A program made the position numbers and the translations under genes. Under the pieces are notes generated by a model. The model searched no databases. It was not told where the DNA came from and was given only the letters and a program-made list of their open reading frames with translations. A stretch of DNA of 64,000 nt from Macrostomum lignano (lineage: Eukaryota), in contig NIVC01001911.1 of assembly GCA_002269645.1 (NCBI GenBank), positions 124,001 to 188,000 on the forward strand, read 5' to 3'. Below are positions 59,601 to 64,000 of this stretch, piece after piece (positions within the stretch are counted from its first letter, which is position 1; each line of letters opens with the position of its first letter).

Positions 59601-60438
59601 CGGAAGCAGCAGTGAGGCACTGAGACAAATCTGCCACTCGGGATTCGATCCTAAAAGGAGGTCGGGCCAAGCTTACGGCCCGGGAGAGTATTTCGGAGTG
59701 ACTCCCAGCATCTCTGGAGGTTACTCGAGAACTGCGGCGCGATGATCGTCGCTTTTCTCTTGAACGGAGGTCCGATTACACACAGACAAGGCTTTTGCTA
59801 TGTGGTTAAAACCCAACAGACGGCTCAAAGTCTTTTAATTTGCCTGTCTTAGTGGTGTACTTTGACTCATCAACTCCTCGATTGGACTTCATTAAGCCAG
59901 TAGCCAACCAGTCTCAAATATCCAATCATTTGAAAACGACAACTGGCGATCTCCGTTTCGGTGGCACTGGCAGAAAGATGGCGGCGGATTTGAACCCTAC
60001 ACGGATGAATTTAATCGCTTGCTTGAATCGCAATACGATGCGTACAGAATGCACAGCGGACCGGCGCAGTTCACCACACCGCCTATTAGGCGTTACATAG
60101 ACGACACTCCGCAACCGTACACTGTGAACTTCTCGGCTAACACACAGAGGAACGTGAAAACTGGTTACGTTCGGTCCATCCAACGCCAACAAGTGGACAT
60201 CAACGTCAGCGTCAGCACTACTTGGCAGTACCAAAACGAGAACGGCATCTGGCAGCCATTTGAAAGCTTAGTACAGCGTCAAATTCAGCAGGCATATGTA
60301 GCCTACACGAGTGGCTCTGGCAGCTGCAAAGCGAGAGTCCAGTTTCCAGGGCGGCCGGAAACCTACGAGCTGGACTTCCTTCAAGGCCAGCAGACCAACT
60401 TGCAGAGCGGAACAAAGCGTCCCATTAGAAAAAACTGA
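53656..60438 (+). CDS. Giant intronless multidomain protein: 2 RRM-like, 14 CCCH fingers, DEAH helicase/HA2, RING-IBR, PARP-type ART, 2 WWE (~2260 aa if six -1 shifts are corrected); 53656-58677 is an intact 1673-aa ORF
   Basis: Helicase motifs ETGSGKTTQLPQY, TQPR, DEAHER, SAT, TNVAETSLT and QRKGRAGR; RING at ~59004-59126; IBR at ~59243-59370; ART FHGS (59596) and GEYFG (59689); WWE-like WHWQKDGGGFEPY and WQYQNENGIWQPF. It resembles DEAH11/12-type helicase-RBR proteins but has a different C-terminus. Confidence 0.85.
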
Positions 60439-61593
60439 CGTTTAATCGTTGAGACTGTAAGTTTTGTGAGTGGTCAGTTGATTTTAACCGATTTTAATTG
60501 CAATCAACCGTGGTGGAGGCGGCAAATTTGTCTTTTGTCGGGTTTTGCTGCACGTGATATTTAATATTTATTCTATCATTTTAAGACTGATTATTTATAT
60601 TATACGGCAGTTCATCTTTTCCCCGTTTTTTCATCAAAACGAGATTTGCAAGTTAAACATCTTTAGACATTTAGATCTTTAGACTATAGACAATTTAGAC
60701 ATTTAGACAAATTTCGTTATTCCATTTTAAACACCATTGACAGTTTATATTTAAATGTTTCCATTTAAAGTCTAATTTGAATTGAGTTTTGCCTTACTTT
60801 TAGCTACATATATAGTCAATCGATTGTGAAACAATGAACTGTCTAAATTGTACTGCCGTTATGGCTGAATTCGATGTTTGGCTCGTCTGAATAGGACTGG
60901 AAAGGTGTAATAATTAATATATCAACAACACATCCGCTCTATGATTTTCACGTACAAAACGAAGAAAGATAGATACTTGTAGCTTTCTCTATGGTCCGCG
61001 CATCAATGTATTGATTTTATTGCCGCACGGCATTGACAAACAAATTTGCTCTTCAACAATGCTTCTTTTACCATAGAAGCGTCCGGCAACGCCCAATTAA
61101 CATTTGCTGCGAAAAATTTCGTCAATGATGTCGACTTGTACGGCTTTCGTGCAGCAACGACCATAGATCATGTCTAAATCGTGTCTATAGGTTGTGTCTA
61201 GCTCGCTGCTGCACTCAAAAGCCGCGTGCGTCATCTCTACAAGCTCGTGCATTGACGCACTGGCAGACAAACAATATGCACTTGTAACTAGAGCACGATT
61301 GGGAGTGCAGCAACAACGCTTAAATTACTATATAGCTATGATGTATATGTATCATTCTATCATCGGCTTCTCATAATATTATGCACGTACATAATTAAAT
61401 TAGATATACTGGTATACAGACCTACTATCTGTAACAGTATTTCTCTTATTTAAGCTGAGCGTCTTCCAGTTCAACTCGTCGCTGAGACACGAGCAAACGT
61501 CAGCTTTGGTCTCTAGGGACGCTGACGTGAACAATTTTTTTACATGCACCTCATGGTCTATCTGATTCGCTGGACTCATTTTTATCTTGTTTT

Positions 61594-61932
61594 GGGTGAG
61601 TTTCATAAACGCGAAACTTCACAAACGCGAAACTTCACAACCGCTAAATGTCATCTACTTTCACAACCGCGAAACTTCATAACCGCAAAACTTCGCAACC
61701 GCTAAAATTTTTGCACTTAATTTCATATACAACAGTCTTTTTAGCGGTTGTGAAGTTTCGCGGTTATGAAGTTGCGGTTGTGAAAGTAGATGACATTTAG
61801 CGGTTGTGAAGTTTCGCGTTTGTGAAGTGTAGCGCTTATGAAAGTGACTGAAATTTTTTTAGCGGTTGTGCAGTTTCGCGGTTATGAAGTTTTGCGTTTA
61901 TGAAAGTAGGTGATTTAGCGGTTGTGAAATTT
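61594..61932. mobile_element. MITE/mini-foldback with GGG...CCC termini and a perfect 8-bp TSD
   Basis: TSD CTTGTTTT at 61586-61593 and 61933-61940; TIR GGGTGAGTTTCATAAACGCGAAA / TTTCGCGTTTGTGAAAGCAACCC. Confidence 0.85.
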
Positions 61933-62393
61933 CGCGTTTGTGAAAGCAACCCCTTGTTTTTTGCACCAACAACAGACAATCATAAAAGTTATTTTTAGGT
62001 GAAAAGCACAAACCCTGTCTGTGTTCTCTGATTCACTGTCTGGGTCTGGGTTGTCCGAATCTCAGTGTCTGAGTGCTAGTGTCGCAATCTAGTCTCATTG
62101 CTACATGTTCGTCCTGTAACAGCATTGTGCTCATATAATTTTCTGTGTATCGATAAGTGACGGTAACATGTTCAAACTAGCTTTAAAGGTAAATTGGGCA
62201 AACTTAATATAAACTTAAAAACGTTACAAAATGTGTTTTAACTTTATCTGTCCCCTGTAGCGCATAAAGTCATCGCAGATTGGATAAGATAATAATTTGT
62301 TATAAATACCGTCTACCAGACAAAATTTTTAGGGTGCTGACGCAATTTTTCATTGCTAATTTTAAAAAAATGCTACAAGCTTAAGTTTTCGAT

Positions 62394-63589
62394 ATGAAAC
62401 TAACTGTAGCTCTGTTTTTCTGCATGACAGCGGCAGTTTTACTGCTTCTGCCGTCGGGTCCAACTGCGGCACCTGTAGCACGGAGGGCCGATGCCAACTC
62501 CGATCTGATTCTCCACCGACAACGCCGGCTGGCACCAATACCGGCTATTTTATTTTTTGTTCGAATCGGCACTCAATTATACAGATTTAGAAAGCGAAAA
62601 CAAATGATGGATTTTCTAAAACAAAGCAGCACACGACGGGAGATTTTAAACCTTCCCAAAAACAGCAATAATATCGTCCAAGTCCCAAAGTAAGCTTTAT
62701 TGTCTTTAAATACTCGTAGTATGCTTTACTATTTTTTAAAATCCTCAAAAATGCTTTTTCAAAACAGTTTCATTAATCAGATGATAATTTTTCCCAAAAA
62801 GCAAAGTACATGTAAAAAATCATTTTTTTGCTTTTCAGCCAAAGCATTGCCAAATTTCTAGCGAAAAGGATGAGCGCAAAGAAGACATCGAAGCCCGTTC
62901 ACCACAGGAACCCTAAAAATGGTGATCCTCATTTTCATCCAGTGGACGCAGCTGGAAATAAAATGAGTCCTCACATAAGTTATCAAAGCACTGCTCCGAA
63001 ATCACCGAGTCGCTACCGCCCAGGTGGCCATTCTATAAATCAGTTTAGCATCACTGGTGGTGGTGCAGCTAGTGGTACCGCTGGATCTAGCAGTAGTGTA
63101 CTCAGCGGTCACGGTGGACTCGGAGGAAGCAGTAGTGTACTCAGCGGTCACGGTGGACTCGGAGGAGGAAGCAGTAGTGTACTCAGCGGTCACGGTGGAC
63201 TCGGAGGAGGAAGCAGTAGTGTACTCAGCGGTCACGGTGGACTCGGAGGAGGAAGCAGTAGTATACTCAGCGGTCACGGTGGACTCGGAGGAGGAAGCAG
63301 TAGTATACTCAGCGGTCACGGTGGACTCGGAGGAGGAAGCAGTAGTATACTCAGCAGTCACAGTGGACTCGGAGGAGGAAGCAGTAGTATACTCAGCGGT
63401 CACGGTGGACTCGGAGGAGGAAGCAGTAGTATACTCAGCGGTCACGGTGGACTCGGAGGAGGAAGCAGTAGTATACTCAGCAGTCACAGTGGATTCGAAG
63501 CCAGTGGCAAGTCTGGTGGCAGAGGTTTTCAATTTTCCATCGGAACTAATGGAATCAGTATTTCCTGGGGTTTTAATATTGGAAGGTGA
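62394..63589 (+). CDS. Secreted prepro-protein with a furin site, cationic/His-rich domain and Gly/Ser/His 14-aa repeats; 2 exons, ~348 aa
   Basis: Exons 62394-62689 and 62839-63589 (phase 2, GTAAG / TTTTCAG). Signal-like MKLTVALFFCMTAAVLLLLPSGPTAA, then RQRR, then ten SSS(V/I)LSGHGGLGGG-type units. Confidence 0.75.
63088..63495 (+). repeat. Coding 42-bp tandem repeat, 10 copies
   Basis: Directly visible. Confidence 0.92.
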
Positions 63590-64000
63590 CGCTGACAAAT
63601 ATTCCAATCAATTCATCATTAAAGCTAACTTAATTTTGATTTTAATAACTAGAGGCTATTTATTATTCTAACTGGACTCTGCACTTCTTTTTTATGCCAA
63701 AATTAACCCTGCGAAACAGTGAGTTGATTTGATTTGGTAATTAATAAATGAGCGATTACCTTAAAAGCTGTCTGTTAAAATAAAATTGTTGACTCAAAAT
63801 TCCAGATTGTAGGTAATGTATAAATCAAAATCCTAATATTCCTTTTCTACGCTCGTATCTGTATTTTTTAAATTTCCGTTGATTTTCATCAGTTTAAATG
63901 AAACCAAGACTAAAAATGAAATGGATTTACTCGCGCTATTAGTTCGCATAATTCAAAACATAATTTTTTTTGAGTAGGTTTATAATAAACATCATTGTAA

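Noticed and set aside
58660-59900. Programmed ribosomal frameshifting or micro-introns explaining the broken helicase-ART frame
   Set aside because: Six successive shifts without slippery heptamers or GT-AG pairs; sequencing error or decay is simpler.
60950-61340. Moderately GC-rich stretch that might be a transposase remnant
   Set aside because: No recognisable motif in any frame.
63002-63671. Alternative ORFs over the 42-bp repeat (minus-strand Thr/Ser-rich; plus-strand EEEAVVYS)
   Set aside because: The unit has no stop in these frames by chance; only the Gly/His frame joins in phase to the signal-peptide exon.

Overview
This is eukaryotic (metazoan) genomic DNA with GC-rich exons, AT-rich spacers and introns almost filled by micro- and minisatellites. 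That pattern resembles the flatworm Macrostomum, but the species assignment is an inference. Spliced genes reconstructed by hand: PINCH/LIMS (6 exons, +), an atypical tetraspanin (3 exons, -), two tandem gamma-glutamylamine cyclotransferase (GGACT) paralogs (-), DAW1/ODA16 (5 exons, -) and a secreted, furin-cleavable Gly/Ser/His-repeat protein (2 exons, +). Also present are an orphan ORF and a tRNA-Asp(GTC). The most striking locus is an intronless ~6.8-kb reading frame (53656-60438) encoding 2 RRM-like domains, 14 CCCH fingers, a DEAH helicase, RING-IBR, a PARP-type ADP-ribosyltransferase and 2 WWE domains. Its last third is broken by six apparent single-base deletions. Mobile elements: an Ingi/I-group-like LINE with a 2A ribosome-skip motif and a candidate HDV-like ribozyme, a Penelope-like element with inverted hammerhead-bearing ends, CORE-type SINEs, an RT fragment, a 9-bp-TSD foldback element 100 bp upstream of DAW1, and several MITEs. 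All calls come from manual reading; no database searches were run.
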